Below are positions 15,983 through 28,165 of a DNA stretch of 64,000 nucleotides, in pieces. Position numbers and translations under genes: made by a program. How positions within the stretch are numbered: position 1 is the first letter of the stretch; the number at the start of each line of letters is the position of its first letter. The stretch lies in the NCBI GenBank assembly GCA_002104905.1, contig MCFE01000177.1:1-64000 (forward strand), in the 5' to 3' direction. Below the pieces are notes generated by a model that saw only the letters and a list, made by a program, of their open reading frames with translations, searched no databases and was not told where the DNA came from. This DNA is from Basidiobolus meristosporus CBS 931.73. Its lineage: Eukaryota > Fungi > Basidiobolomycota.

Positions 15983-17072
15983 ATGTTCAATATACCACTC
16001 AAAGATTCCACAACACACCTTCATACTGAGCAAATCCAGATTGATCTGGAAGCGGATACTCTGACGATGTATGGTTCTCCCAATGAGTCCGTCGGGTGCA
16101 TACTTCGCGGGACATTGCGCTTTAGCCCCTCGGAATATATGAAGGTGAAGTCTATCACCCTAAAATTTACAGGCAAAGTAAAAATCAACGGCGGTGCTGG
16201 TATGTATTGCGAGATTGCTGTTTCTTCTTACCTTGTTGATGGGATATTAACCCCGCTTCCCTTTAGATTTACCGAAGCATGAATACGATTTAATCACCCA
16301 CAAGTGGACCTTCCTGGAGGCAAATCATGACTCATATCTTCTTGCTCCTAAAGACTATGTTTATGATTTCGAAGTTCCACTTCGAGGTGATTTACCAGAA
16401 TCCGTCGATGTTAATTCCGGAAGAATTGTGTACAAACTTAAGGCAGTCGTGGAGCGTCCGGCCTTCCACTTCAGCTTGAAGTGCAGTCGCACAGTAGAAA
16501 TGAAACGGGCACCACTTCCTTCTACCGATGACTTTCTTCAGCCCACCATGATCTCTGGTATCTGGTCTGACAAATTTGCCTATCACATCAGCACCCCAGA
16601 TACAACATACACTGTTGGTGATCAATTCCCGGTGCTGTTTAATTTTTGCTCGCTGATCCCGTGCTTCAAAGTCTGCAAGATTAACATCTACTTGCGGGAG
16701 TTTGTAACATATAATATCAAAGGGAGCAAGCCAATTGTCAAATGGTACGATCTTAACAAAGCTTGCAACGTATACAACGATCAAACTCAGCATGCATGGG
16801 AAGGCCACCTGGATCTTCAGGTTCCGAAATACACCTATTGTGATAGCGAGAGCTCATACATCCAAGTCTTCCATAAACTATTTGTCGAGATCGAGGTTGA
16901 GGAGAATGGAGAGCTCAAAACTCTTCACCTCATGCTTCGTGTCGGCATTCAAACCGCCCTTCAAAACGAACTCTGCCAATCTCCACCCAGCTACCAGTCG
17001 CTCGCCAGCTTCCAAGGCATTCCTCCGCCACCATACCCACTTAGCGGCGCACACAATATGATGTGTGTTTAA
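15983..17072 (+). CDS. Alpha-arrestin, 2 exons, 340 aa
   Basis: Exon1 15983-16199, intron 16200-16266 (GTATGT...TTTAG), exon2 16267-17072. GSPNESVGCILRGTL, YVYDFEVPLRGDLPESVDVNSGRIVYKLKAVVERP, IQVFHKL; PY motifs PPSY and PPPPY. Confidence 0.9.
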
Positions 17073-20000
17073 TGCTACCCCTATGTCCTCCAAATTCCCG
17101 GATTCTCGCCAAAGTTCCGACACGACTACCTCTCATCTTGTATATAGACAATCGTGGCTGCCGAACTTTTCGACACTGGAAGGGATAATGATGGAAACTA
17201 TATAGAACAGCACCTAATTACTTGTTATCGAATATCTGGCTTTTCCCCCATCTCCCTGAAAGTGCACGCTCTGCCGAGCGTTGTGCTATATAATTAAATT
17301 ACATATCTTACTACCCTAGCCTATATCCTCAAATTAACCATAAAAATCGCCAATTCTTACTGACATGGCTCTCTAGGAGTCCCGGAACTAATAAATCATT
17401 GATTGCAACATGTTCGTGAGTTCCAACCTTCGTTTCTCGATCTAGTCAACATGAGCAAGGAGTTGCAAACCCCTACTTGCACTGCCATACTGGGCCAGGC
17501 CGTTCAGTGGTATGTCATAAAGATTTGTAGGCATGATGAGCCTGAGATTATCATCTGCATTGACACACTAGATGTTGCATGACCTCATGACGGACAGATC
17601 CAAAAAGTTGCCTAGAATTCCACAAGGTGGGGTAGATGGACTTAACAATACCACACGTTCTGAGCCCTCAGCCAATCATCAGTCTACTGATCTGGCCAGA
17701 TTGCTAAATAATAACAGCTGCGTCACACGAGGCCGAATGGGATCCGTAGAAATCATGATGAGTTCATCAAGGCTGTGAAGCTCGCCTACGGATACGAATC
17801 CAGAGCAATTGCTGTACGTTGGAGCGATCGAGAACTTGATTCGTTCCTCGTACGGGCAATCATGAACACTGATGGTAGATTGCGATTTGGGGTGGAGTGC
17901 TGGATTTCTATTGGTCCGTTGTATGTGATCGCATGCAGTCACGTCGAAAATCTTCCCCAGTCCATATAGGGAGATTCACTAGCTAGTTCCAATGTTGTGA
18001 GGGCTCTGCTAACCACATTGGAAACAGGATAGCGGCTTGGCTTCTCATCCGGAAAACCCGCGATGAATTGATCAGGGATGCCATCATACATAACACCTCA
18101 TCGGCCGCTTGCCGGTCCTCGTCATCTACTCGCCTATTCATGGATCGCCCTCCAAAGGGGAGGGGGAGTAAACCTGCGTGAGGGTATTCGTGATGGTTCG
18201 GATTTTTTTCATCAGCCGACGGGAAATTACTGGATTTTGCTATGACCACTGGGTGCGGAAAGTGCGCCTCCCTCTAGGCCCACATCTGTCCGGCTTACCC
18301 CAGACTGCGTGGGATTTACATTCGCCATTCCATATGCAGCGATTGTTTACGCTGGTGGCCGATTCCGTTCCAAAAGCAGCCATTCCCAAATCGTAGGCGA
18401 TCCCATGCTTAGCAATCACCGCCAGAAATACCCATTTGATGCTTTACCAGTTGCTGATCACCCATAAGCCTCGCCATGTCCAAGATCACTGAGGCCAAGG
18501 GGTGGCTCCCTTCGACGGTCGTCGTTGGTCCACGCTCGGGCTTGGTTACAGATCCGGTATAACCTGACTCCACTCCGCTCGTATGCAAATTCTTCGTATC
18601 TAGGCTCTGGACCTGGATTTCCGAGTATTGATAGCCGTTTTCTAGGAGACCGTATCCAAGAAGAATCGCTAGCTACCCTAGTACTCGACCCCGGCCTCTT
18701 ATGTATGGCTGGTGAACATTGTAAGCCCAGTAGCCGGGCTCTGCTATTTCTAACGGCGAACGGGAGTCCGCCGAAATTACTTCTCCCCTCAGGAATGGTA
18801 CCTTCACCACACGCTCTTTTGGATTCCATACGAGTGTGATCGTAGGAAGGGTGTCCAGCAGCTTCAGCATTATCTAAGTCGCCCTAGAAACCGATCGTTC
18901 CGCATATTAAATATGGATTTGAGGGGGTTTCATGGGAATCACCCATTCCTTGGCAATTCCAATGCACTCTTTCGGAGGGAAAATCCAATCTGGACCTGAT
19001 ACTTGACCGGGTAAGCTACCTGGTAAATCGCATGCATCAACTCTGGACCCCGCAAATCAGATACTGAGGTTTTTCGCGCTGCCTCAGTAGGGTGATGGAC
19101 GCATGCATGGAACCTCTTGATAGCTTGGTACTCCACGAGCCCATTGGCTAAAGCACATTCCATTCAGGGATCCGTCAATACCTACCGGCGGGATCTAATC
19201 CCAGCCGCAGCCAATCATCCAGGGATTCCCTAATCCCCATCCGCGTCTTCTGACGTCAATCGTTTGTCGTCCCAATCACCTCATGGATACCCCAAGGTGG
19301 TCGGAATATGGTGAATACTCATAGCCCACACTCCCTGCCGCTTTGCTGCGAGTCCGGGCTTGGCACACAGGGTTTTGGGAGGCTAGGGGATGGGTGGAAC
19401 GATTGAAGTAACAACAAAAATCAACTTTTTGTATTTCCTTGAATGTGCACCAGTGATAACCAAAATGGGGCTCACGCTATTAAGTCTCCCAAATACGGAC
19501 CGGACCGGATCTTGCTCATCATTTCACTTTCCAAAATCAGGATAAGACCCTATTTGGCACCTAAAGGATTGGGAAAGCGTAGCTCATATGCTCAGTGTGG
19601 GGTTTGGTAGCCAGGTTTTCCATTGATTTCACCTCACTACCAGTAGCATGGCCACAAAAACAACTGAAGTCGTGGAAATGATTGAGCAATGGAAAGTGGA
19701 GAAAAGGCAGGATGGCAAATAGTCTGACACCAGGATGTATCGCATCTTTCAGGTTCAACCCATAACAATTCTTAAGTAACACATTATTCCCAGCAAGTTT
19801 GAGCCGTATGTTGCATATTCCATGATGTCATTGATCACAGAGTCAAATAGTGTTGTTTACTATGATCAGCCCAAATGATGGATCAAGCTCTCTATACCCA
19901 AGGCAATCTGGGTAATACTCACTGCTGTGGGTATGGATTTTGTAGTTCACATATGGTACAATATGAAAACTTCCTGTCTGAAAATTTCAGAATGCTCTCC

Positions 20001-20379
20001 ATCAATCACCCAATATACATGCACACAAGCTATGAGTATATGAATGGTGCAACTTCTAGCAGCTAAGTACCCAGTTTACCTTCTAGATGTCCCCTCATCT
20101 GCTTCCATATGATTACATATATGATTGCAAGACAATTTTTTTGCACATGTGAATGCATTGACTGATGCAAAGCTCAAGCTAGTACATAGATACTTGTCTA
20201 TCATCAATCCTCTTCAGAGCTGTAACTCTGTGGGCCTGTTGTGCATCAACATTTAAAGCTTATCCAGTTTTACTCCATTGGAAAATCTAGTACTCTGACT
20301 GAATTTCCCTAACCCAAACATAGCTAATCCTGGTGATGGTTTATTTTATCTCATCTCAGAATCTATCTTTAGCTGTCAC

Positions 20380-20600
20380 ACATGATCAATTCTCATGTGG
20401 CCATTACATTTTCAACTTATCTGCTTAGCCTTACTAGGTGATTAGTCATCCAATGTCAATCCATCAACTTGGCAGTTGCCAAGACTTCAGCTGATTAATG
20501 ATGCAATTTTCACTTATCTTGTGCACCTATCAACACCCCAACAGATTTCAATTAGCCCAGTCTTTTGACACTTACCAATTCAACTTGATCAAAAAGCATA
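20380..20600 (+). repeat. Dispersed repeat (LTR-like, unassigned), second copy ~54390-54600
   Basis: Shared collinear words TCATGTGG.CATTACAT, GTGATTAG, CAAGAC.TCAGCTGA, ATGCAA.TTTCACTTA, CACCTAT, CACTTAC. Confidence 0.55.
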
Positions 20601-20934
20601 AATAAAGCTTACTGAACCTTTTGGTTTAGCATGTGTCTCAAGAAAATTAAGATTGTGTCACACCAAAATTAAGAACTCAACAATTACATTCTAGTTTCTA
20701 CCCATGCCTAGCACATCTAGCACTCCCAAGAACCCCAAGCCTAGCCTACATAGCAAACCAACTCTGCTGCCTTTATAGCCAAACCCAGCTATACACAAGA
20801 CCAATATTAAACCAGAACCTCTCTCCTAATACTTCCACCACTCTCTGACAATTCTAAGATTCTGCACTTAGTTGTCCCTTAGGTTCAGTTAAACTATTTG
20901 GGAGTTTTATTACACTTCTCTCTTGGATACAATA

Positions 20935-21317
20935 GGGCCATATTCAGAAGGCTTATGTGAGCCAAAAGGCGTCACAAACTCACCTGACTCAGTTTGCACA
21001 AGGCAATAAGTGTGGCTAGGTGCTGCTATATAAGTATTGAGTGGCCAGCATGATATTGCTGATACTACAATGCCTGATCTTTGAAATCAACCAGTTAGAC
21101 AACATCTTGCTTTGACATCTAGCACAAGAAACAGGGCTACATTCAAATGGCCAGCATATTGAGGCAGATAGAAAATGGCAAATGCAGTGCCTCTGGTAGA
21201 AGACCAGCAAATGATTGTGATCACATCACCATCACCAGTATTTGCAGGTATGTTGACAGCTCATACCTAAGCATTAATGAGGTGACTAGGTGCAGTGGCT
21301 AATAGGTTAGATGTAAT
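20935..21317 (+). mobile_element. Fragment of CACTA-like element homologous to 51290-51790, cut by a Copia LTR
   Basis: GCCATATTCAGAAGGCT, CAAACTCACC..ACTCAGTTTGCACAAGG, CTTGCTTTGACATC, GTATGTTG.CAGCTCATACC shared with the 48421-54343 element; homology stops at the LTR TG at 21318. Confidence 0.65.
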
Positions 21318-21667
21318 TGTTGTAAAACTTTGGAATTCCACCTGAATATTCACCTAACTTAGTCACTTGCATCATTGCCTTCAAATCCTAGGGAATACAG
21401 ACCAAATTCCTTGTTGGGATTTACTTAGATTATTTTCACCAAAATACCAGGTAACCAGAACATGAAAATTCTCAAGGTTGTCCAAACAGCCCCAAACTTT
21501 GCACACATGCTCTTGGGACCTTTCTTAGCCTATTCTACATACTTGTTATGCCAAGACCATGTAAAAGTATAAATACTACTTCTACATTCAATAAATCATT
21601 AAGTAAAAACCACATAAACTACTTGTCCTCCCAAACAGCTTCCTATATCTCCAAGACTCTACCAACA
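21318..21667 (+). repeat. Copia 5' LTR (350 bp) followed by PBS GGTTATCAGCTCTG
   Basis: TGTTGTAAAA...CCAACA; same length as the inverted copy 24142-24491. Confidence 0.8.
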
Positions 21668-23810
21668 GGTTATCAGCTCTGAGCTGCCACTCTCTGCAAC
21701 ATCTACTACTGCTATTACTGGAATTTTTCCCTCTGCTGAAAAGCTGATTGGATCTAGCTACCAAGCGTGGAAGGTGAAGATGAAGATGCTGCTACATCAA
21801 AGAGCCTTTGGGATATTGTCATGGGAGAGGAATTCCCTCCTAGAGATGTGTGAGAGGAAGCCTTAAAGTACTCAAAGAAAGCACAAAGTGCCTCTAACTG
21901 CATTTGCCTTAATGCTAAAGAAAAGTTGCTAATTCAATGCTCAAGAGCAAAAACAGCAAGAAATGCCTGGAAGGCATTAGAAGGCACCTACCAGTCATGT
22001 TCAGCTGCTGAGAAAATGCATCTTAGACAAAAATTCTTTACTACAAAGATGCTGTCAGGAGATGAAATGAAAAATCTAATTAACAGAATTACCCTGCTTG
22101 TGGATGAGATGGAATCCATGGGTGTACCAACTACTGATGAGGATGTGATAGTAACCATCCTGAATAGCCTGACAGATGAGTTTCAGGGCCTTGTATCAGC
22201 CCTAGAGTCCAGAACTGAAGATTTGACCTTATATTACATAAATGGAAGGCTCCTGGATGAAGAATTAAGAAAATCAAGTGCCAATAAGAAGGAAGAAGAA
22301 AATACTTTAATAAGCAATGATAACCAACAAAGGAGGTACCCAAGACCTTAAAAAGGCAACAGCAACCTGTTTTGCAACTACTGCAAAAGGTAAGGATACA
22401 CATCAGACTGGTGACTCAAAAAGAGAGATAATCAGCAAACAAAGCTTGAATATGGAAATGCTGCAACAACTGAAGATAGACCATTCATATCTGCACTAAA
22501 TATGACCACAAACAAGGATTCTCAGATGTGGCAAATTGACTCTGGAGCATCTCATCACTTTACACACTAAAAAGAACTTTTCACCCAATACCAAGAAATT
22601 GCAAATAAGATGGTTTTCATGGGTGACAATAGAACACTTGATGCAGTGGGAAAAGGAACTATCCAAGTAAACCTTAGAAGCAGTGAAGGAGGCCATACAC
22701 TGACCTTTAAAGAAGTACTCCATGTACCAGAAATAGCCAAGAACCTACTATCTGTAAGCAAGGCCACAGCAGAAGGACTTTGTTTCAGTTTTGACAATAC
22801 TGGACTCAGGATCACTGATCAAAATGGTGCCCATATTGCTTTGGGTATCAGAGATTAGAATCTCTACAAGTTGTCTTATATTCCATCATATCTGGAAGCC
22901 AATATGAGTTACTTAAATGAAGAAACACCAGTGCTTTGGCACAGCAGATTTGGCACATCAATTTTGATTATTTGCACAAAATGATCAAAGATCAGCTTAT
23001 TTCTGGAGTAAAAACTGATCCCCCAGCTAATTTGGAGCACTGGGTAGTCTGCATATATGGGAAAAAAACCAGACAACCATTCAAGAGATCTGGGCTAATC
23101 AAAACTATGAAAAAATTAGACCTAATTCACTCAGATCTGTGTGGACTTATGCAAAATTTATCCTTAGGTGGGATGGAGTATTCAATCACTTTTACTGACA
23201 ATTATACAAGATAAATGCAGGTCTATTTCATGGAAAGAAAGGAAGAAGCTCAGTCTAAGCTCAGGGAGTTTAAAGCCACAGTGGATAGAGAAACCGGTGA
23301 AAAATCAAGAAAATACGCTCTGACAAAGGTGGCTAATATACCTCAAAACTCTTCATCCACTTTTGAAAAATTCTTGGGATAAAGCAAGAGATTACTGTAC
23401 CATACTCACCACAGCAAAATGGAGAAGAAGGACCTGCAAACAGAGCAATAATTGATATGGCAAGATCTATGATCCACGATCAAAAATTATCCTATGATTT
23501 TTGGGTGAAATCTGTTGCCACAGTTGTATACCTTAAAAATAGGAGTTTTAACAGAATACTATGTGATTCTACTCCATTTGAAGCATGATATGGATACAGA
23601 TCAAGGGCAGAATATCTAAGAATATTTGGGTGTACAGCATATGCCAATAAACGGCCGGGAAATCAGTCACAATTTAAGCCAAAAAGTGGATAATGCATAT
23701 AATTGGGCTACTGCAATGAGAGTAAAGCACACAGACTCTATAATACCTAAGCAAAGAAGCTAATCAAGTCAAGGGATGTGTTGTTTGATACACTTTCCTA
23801 GCAGCTGAAC
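21318..23810 (+). mobile_element. Ty1/Copia element, 3'-truncated and degenerate (5'LTR-gag-protease-integrase)
   Basis: LTR TG...CA; gag (WKALEGTY...KMHLRQKFFTTKM), zinc-knuckle remnant, protease WQIDSGASHH, LWHSRFGHINF, integrase IHSDLCG, PYSPQQNG, YLKNRS; many stops and frameshifts; no RT. Confidence 0.9.
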
Positions 23811-24491
23811 ATGACTGGTAGGTGTCTGCTAATGCCTTCCAGGCATTCTTTGCCATTTTGCTGTTGAGCATTGAATTAGCAACTTTTCTTTGACATTAAG
23901 GCAAATGCTGTTAAAGACACTTTTTTCTTTCTTCTGGTACTATAAGACTTCCTCTCTCACATTTTTAGGAGGGCATTCCTCTCTCATGACAATATCCCAA
24001 AGGCCTCTTTCTTGTAGCCACATCTTCATCTTCACCTTCCACACTTGGTAGTTAGACTCATCCAACTTTTCAGCAGAGGGAAAAAATCCAGTAATAGCAG
24101 TAGTAGAAATTGCAGAGAGTGGCAGCTCAGGGCTCATAAACTGTTGTTTGAGTCTTGGAAATATTGGAAGTAAATTGGGAAGACAAGTAGTTTATATGGT
24201 TTTCACTTAATGATTTATTGAATGTAAAAGTATTATCTATACTTTTACATGATCTTGGCATTACAAGCATGTAGAATAGATTAGGGAAGGTCCCAAGAGC
24301 ATGTGTGCAAAGTTTGGGGCTGTTTGGACAACTTTGAGAATTTTCATGTCCTGGGTACCTGGTATTTTGGTGAAAATATTACAAGTAAATCCCAACAAGG
24401 AATTTGGTGAGTATTCTCTAGGATTTGAATGTAATGATATAAGTGACTAAGTTAGGTGAATATTCAGGTGGAATCTCAGATTTTTACAACA
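23811..24491 (-). mobile_element. Second Copia copy, inverted: LTR 24491-24142, PBS and first third of gag
   Basis: Reverse complement of 21318-21993; PBS GTTTATGAGCCCTG; ORF MSPELPLSAISTTAITGFFPSAEKLDESNYQVWKVKMKMWLQERGLWDIV. Confidence 0.88.
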
Positions 24492-24545
24492 AGAATGACA
24501 TGAAAGTACTGCCAACAAGCCATTCAGGTACAGTCAAGTTTATTA

Positions 24546-26450
24546 GACTTGTTCCATAGTACAATGGCAGGGCATGTGGCATGATATGCGGTCTTTAAGA
24601 ACAATTGGATGTAATATTATAGACTTGTTCTGTTGGATAGTGCCACATTAAGCCATGAGTGCCAATTGAAGCCATAGTGTACCAGGGAGGCCAGGTGAGC
24701 CTATACTTGGCTGCAGAGTGTGAAATATTGTTTGGCATCTTCATGCAAAGCAGCCCCTGTGATTCACTCATTGTACTGGAGAAAATCCATTTTTTGACCT
24801 TTTTTTTGTATCAATGTTGTGCATGATGTGAAAGAGCACAGAAGAACTGAAGACATGCACCTAGTACTCAATACCCATGGCACTCTGTGTCTAGCTCCTT
24901 TAGCTTGTATCATGCCACAAAAATGAATGGCACTATCTTGGTCCACTGGTACTATCAGTCACTCTATTTAAATATTAGCCCTAAAGTAAGACCTATACAA
25001 AGAACATATAGTGCCCGATAGTACCAGTGGACCAAGATAGTGCCATTCATTTTTGTGACATGATACAAGCTACAGGAGCTAGATTCAAAGTGCCATGGGT
25101 ATTGAGTACTTGATGCATGTCTTCAGTACTTCTGTGCTCTTTCACATCCTGCACAACATTGATACAAAAAAAAGGTCAAAAAATGGATTTCTCCAACACA
25201 ATGGGTGAAACACAGGGGCTGCTTTGCATGAAGATGCAAGAATATGTTTCACACTCTGTGGCCAAGTTTAGGTCTTCTATACCTCTCCAGCATGCAATAG
25301 CACTATTTGGCACTCATGGCTAAATGTGGCACTATCAATTGGAACTAGTCTTATACCTACCAGTGGGAAAGATGGCTCTTGGATGATTTTGCTCTACAAT
25401 TGAGCCAACTTGTAATGTTTGTATCACATGTGCAATGAATACCACAATTATGTTAGGTAAAATTGGGCAATTGGATATGTTTCTACAATGTAAACAGAAA
25501 TAAATCTGTATCACCCTACAAACTATACTGATACTTACCATTATGGTTACCATCATTCTGGTAGGATAGTATGTAAGCAGCTGATTGGTGCAAAATTATC
25601 CCAAATCTATAGGCTCCCAATTGACTCATTGGGCTATACACAAAGTACATGATTTGCCATCAAATATCTCATCCTGCCCATTGAGCAAAACCCTGACTTT
25701 AGAGAATGGACAAGGTGTCATAGCTAGCATGAAGCCAATTGGGTAGCTGCAATACATATTAAATAGCTGCACTATTGTTCCAGATGATGCATATATATGC
25801 AGGGTGCTTATTTATAGGGGTTATGTCTTACATGTGAGATGACCATGCTATTACTTATACCAAAGATTTGGTAATCATTGGTTTGCAATGGCTTGATTTG
25901 GATTACAGAGAAATTGCATTGCTTGGATTATGACAAATGATAGCAATTCAACACAATTGCATCAACTTCTAGTTCTTTCTCTCCAGGATCACTGTTGAAG
26001 CATTTGGTAGTGATTCACTTTGGATACCTAAGCTACTTCATTGCTGACTATCATCTTGCCTACTTGTGTACTTGTAGTCAGTAATTTGCCTCCTGTTTGA
26101 TGAGTGTAGTGCTGTAGCCTGTCTGCACAGAGCTGCAACTGATGATGTTACAGAGCCAGCCCAGAATACCACATGCTGGTGCATACTTTTACATGCTAAT
26201 GGCTTCTGTGGGGGAGGTATTCCCAGTGGGTCTTCTTCACTCAGTTGACCAGAAATTACTTGCTGATGATCAGGTGTAATAGCATACATAGGCACAACAT
26301 GATGCATTGGTAAGGCCCTTGGCTGAGCTCAATGGGGTGCTATGTGTACACTCAGCTTGACCTGCTCCAGTGGACTTGTGATTAATTGAGGAGTTTGGCA
26401 AGTTCTGGTAGTTAAACTCTAGACTGCACATGTTGACTTGATGCATTGTC
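24546..26450 (-). mobile_element. Partial copy of the GACTTGTTCC-terminated element (terminus plus ORF2 fossil), carrying a nested MITE
   Basis: Starts GACTTGTTCCATAG; after removing 24622-25350 plus one TSD it is collinear with the reverse complement of ~47090-48181. Confidence 0.7.
24622..25350. mobile_element. Foldback MITE-like element, 729 bp, 5-bp TSD TTATA
   Basis: Termini GACTTGTTCT...GGAACTAGTC; arms ~345 bp (24622-~24965, ~25008-25350) around a ~40-bp spacer; TTATA at 24617-24621 and 25351-25355. Confidence 0.85.
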
Positions 26451-26539
26451 ATGGGAGCATAGTAACACTCACTGACAGATGTGCATATTCCAATGTTTCT
26501 TACCTCCCTATTTTCTACTACCCTTATTTTAATTTATCA

Positions 26540-28165
26540 TATTTCTCTTATCTGATCAGTACTATCCCTTAAACTGGCTGACTATGACAGCTGATTATTT
26601 TATTGCATAGGTTATTCCTTACTTCATATAAGATCAATGAATATATGTGCTTCTATACTAGGCAAGTGTTTGCACCAGTATCTATGACACATGACCAAAC
26701 TACATTACCATCCCTACCATTTTTATCAAGTATATGGTGTCCTTATGTTACACATGTTTCAGAATAATGATCCTTAATTGGCTCAGTGTGCTGGACCTCT
26801 TAGAACCTCATGGGACTTAGATTATATGTTGGCCTCTTGAAAGTGTGGTGGTGTATAAGTTTAAGCAAGATATACATTTAACCTTCCCAAGTGGTTTGTG
26901 AGTGGGGTATATGAGTACTGATTGTAGTACCCACACTTTGCCCAAGAGTTCCCCCAGAGTCTTACCCAAAGTCTCCCCAGTATCCTCTCTATGAGTCCCT
27001 CATACTTCCTTCCTCCTATTCCTGTCCTTAAATAGTTAGAATGCTTACCATAAAAGGAAGGTGCTCACACCGCTATTTTATAACACATTTTGTATCACCT
27101 AAACCCCTCTCAGTGAGATATATATATATCCAATTGAGACAAGTTGAAAGGGACAGTTTTTTGACATAATAAGCATAAGTCTTTATTACCTCACTACCTT
27201 CTATTGGAAGCTATTCTGAACCAAGTGGTACCAACTTGGCCTACAAGCTCTCCCAACTACCAAGCACACTCAGTAATAACCCACATGGTGCTCACTGGGT
27301 GCAATAGTCATTGGCAAAAGCTTACTAAGAATATTTGGGTTTGTTTCTACTCTAATGTAGGGGGAATGAATCCTCAAGCTTTTCAAGGGAAAACTACTTA
27401 GCTACAATCTCCAACTTAGTTGGAATCTAAACATAAGTATGTGCTGGGTTCATCATCCTTTCAAATGACAATGTCCTAAAGCTTTTAAAGTTGAAATTGC
27501 TGTAAATTCCATAAGTAGGGACTTGGTTGGAATGCCACTATGGTCAATAGTCACAAAACTAGAAAAGTATCTTTGCCTGTACAAGATCAAACTTGGGAAA
27601 GAATTGAATATGATAAAGATACCTTTGCAGAGTGTCCCTTGCAAGTAGCACCTCCATGGTCAGTTGGCTGTCAGCATGGTTTCCATGGAGTGGCCTGTGG
27701 TCTGGGATTGGAAACTCAGGCTGCAGCAGGTAGCAGTGATCACACTACTCAACAAGTTGGAGTATTGAAGATTTATTATTGAGGGATTATCTCCCATATA
27801 TACTTTTCTCACTAGCTAAGTGAGTACTATCATGGTGTTCTAGAGATTATGGAAATCAATAGAAATTCTAATGACATCAGAATGCGCTAAGAATGTTCTA
27901 AGAGGCACAGCATATCTAACTAATCTGGGATCAGTTTTCTGAAACCTGTGTAACATATGATACTATATATGGGATGAAAATGGTAGGGATGGTGATGCTC
28001 TTTAGTTATGTGTCATGGGTACTGGTGTAAGCACTTGCCAAATATAGAAGTACTTACATCTAGTAATCTTACACATAGAGAGGAATAAGTTATGCAAGTA
28101 AATAAGCAGGTGTCATAGTCAGCCAACTTATGGGATAGAGCTGATTAGATAAGACAAATGGGATA
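26540..28165. repeat. Inverted repeat pair, ~270-bp arms (26540-26810 and 27895-28165)
   Basis: Shared TGGCTGACTATGACA, GGCAAGTG.TT.CACCAGTA, CCATCCCTACCATTTT, ATGTTACACA.GTTTCAGAA, CCTCTTAGAAC in opposite orientation; roughly three-quarters identical by eye. Confidence 0.7.

Noticed and set aside
24622-25350. CRISPR-like or structured ncRNA reading of the palindromes
   Set aside because: No repeat-spacer periodicity; TSDs and dispersed copies indicate a transposon.
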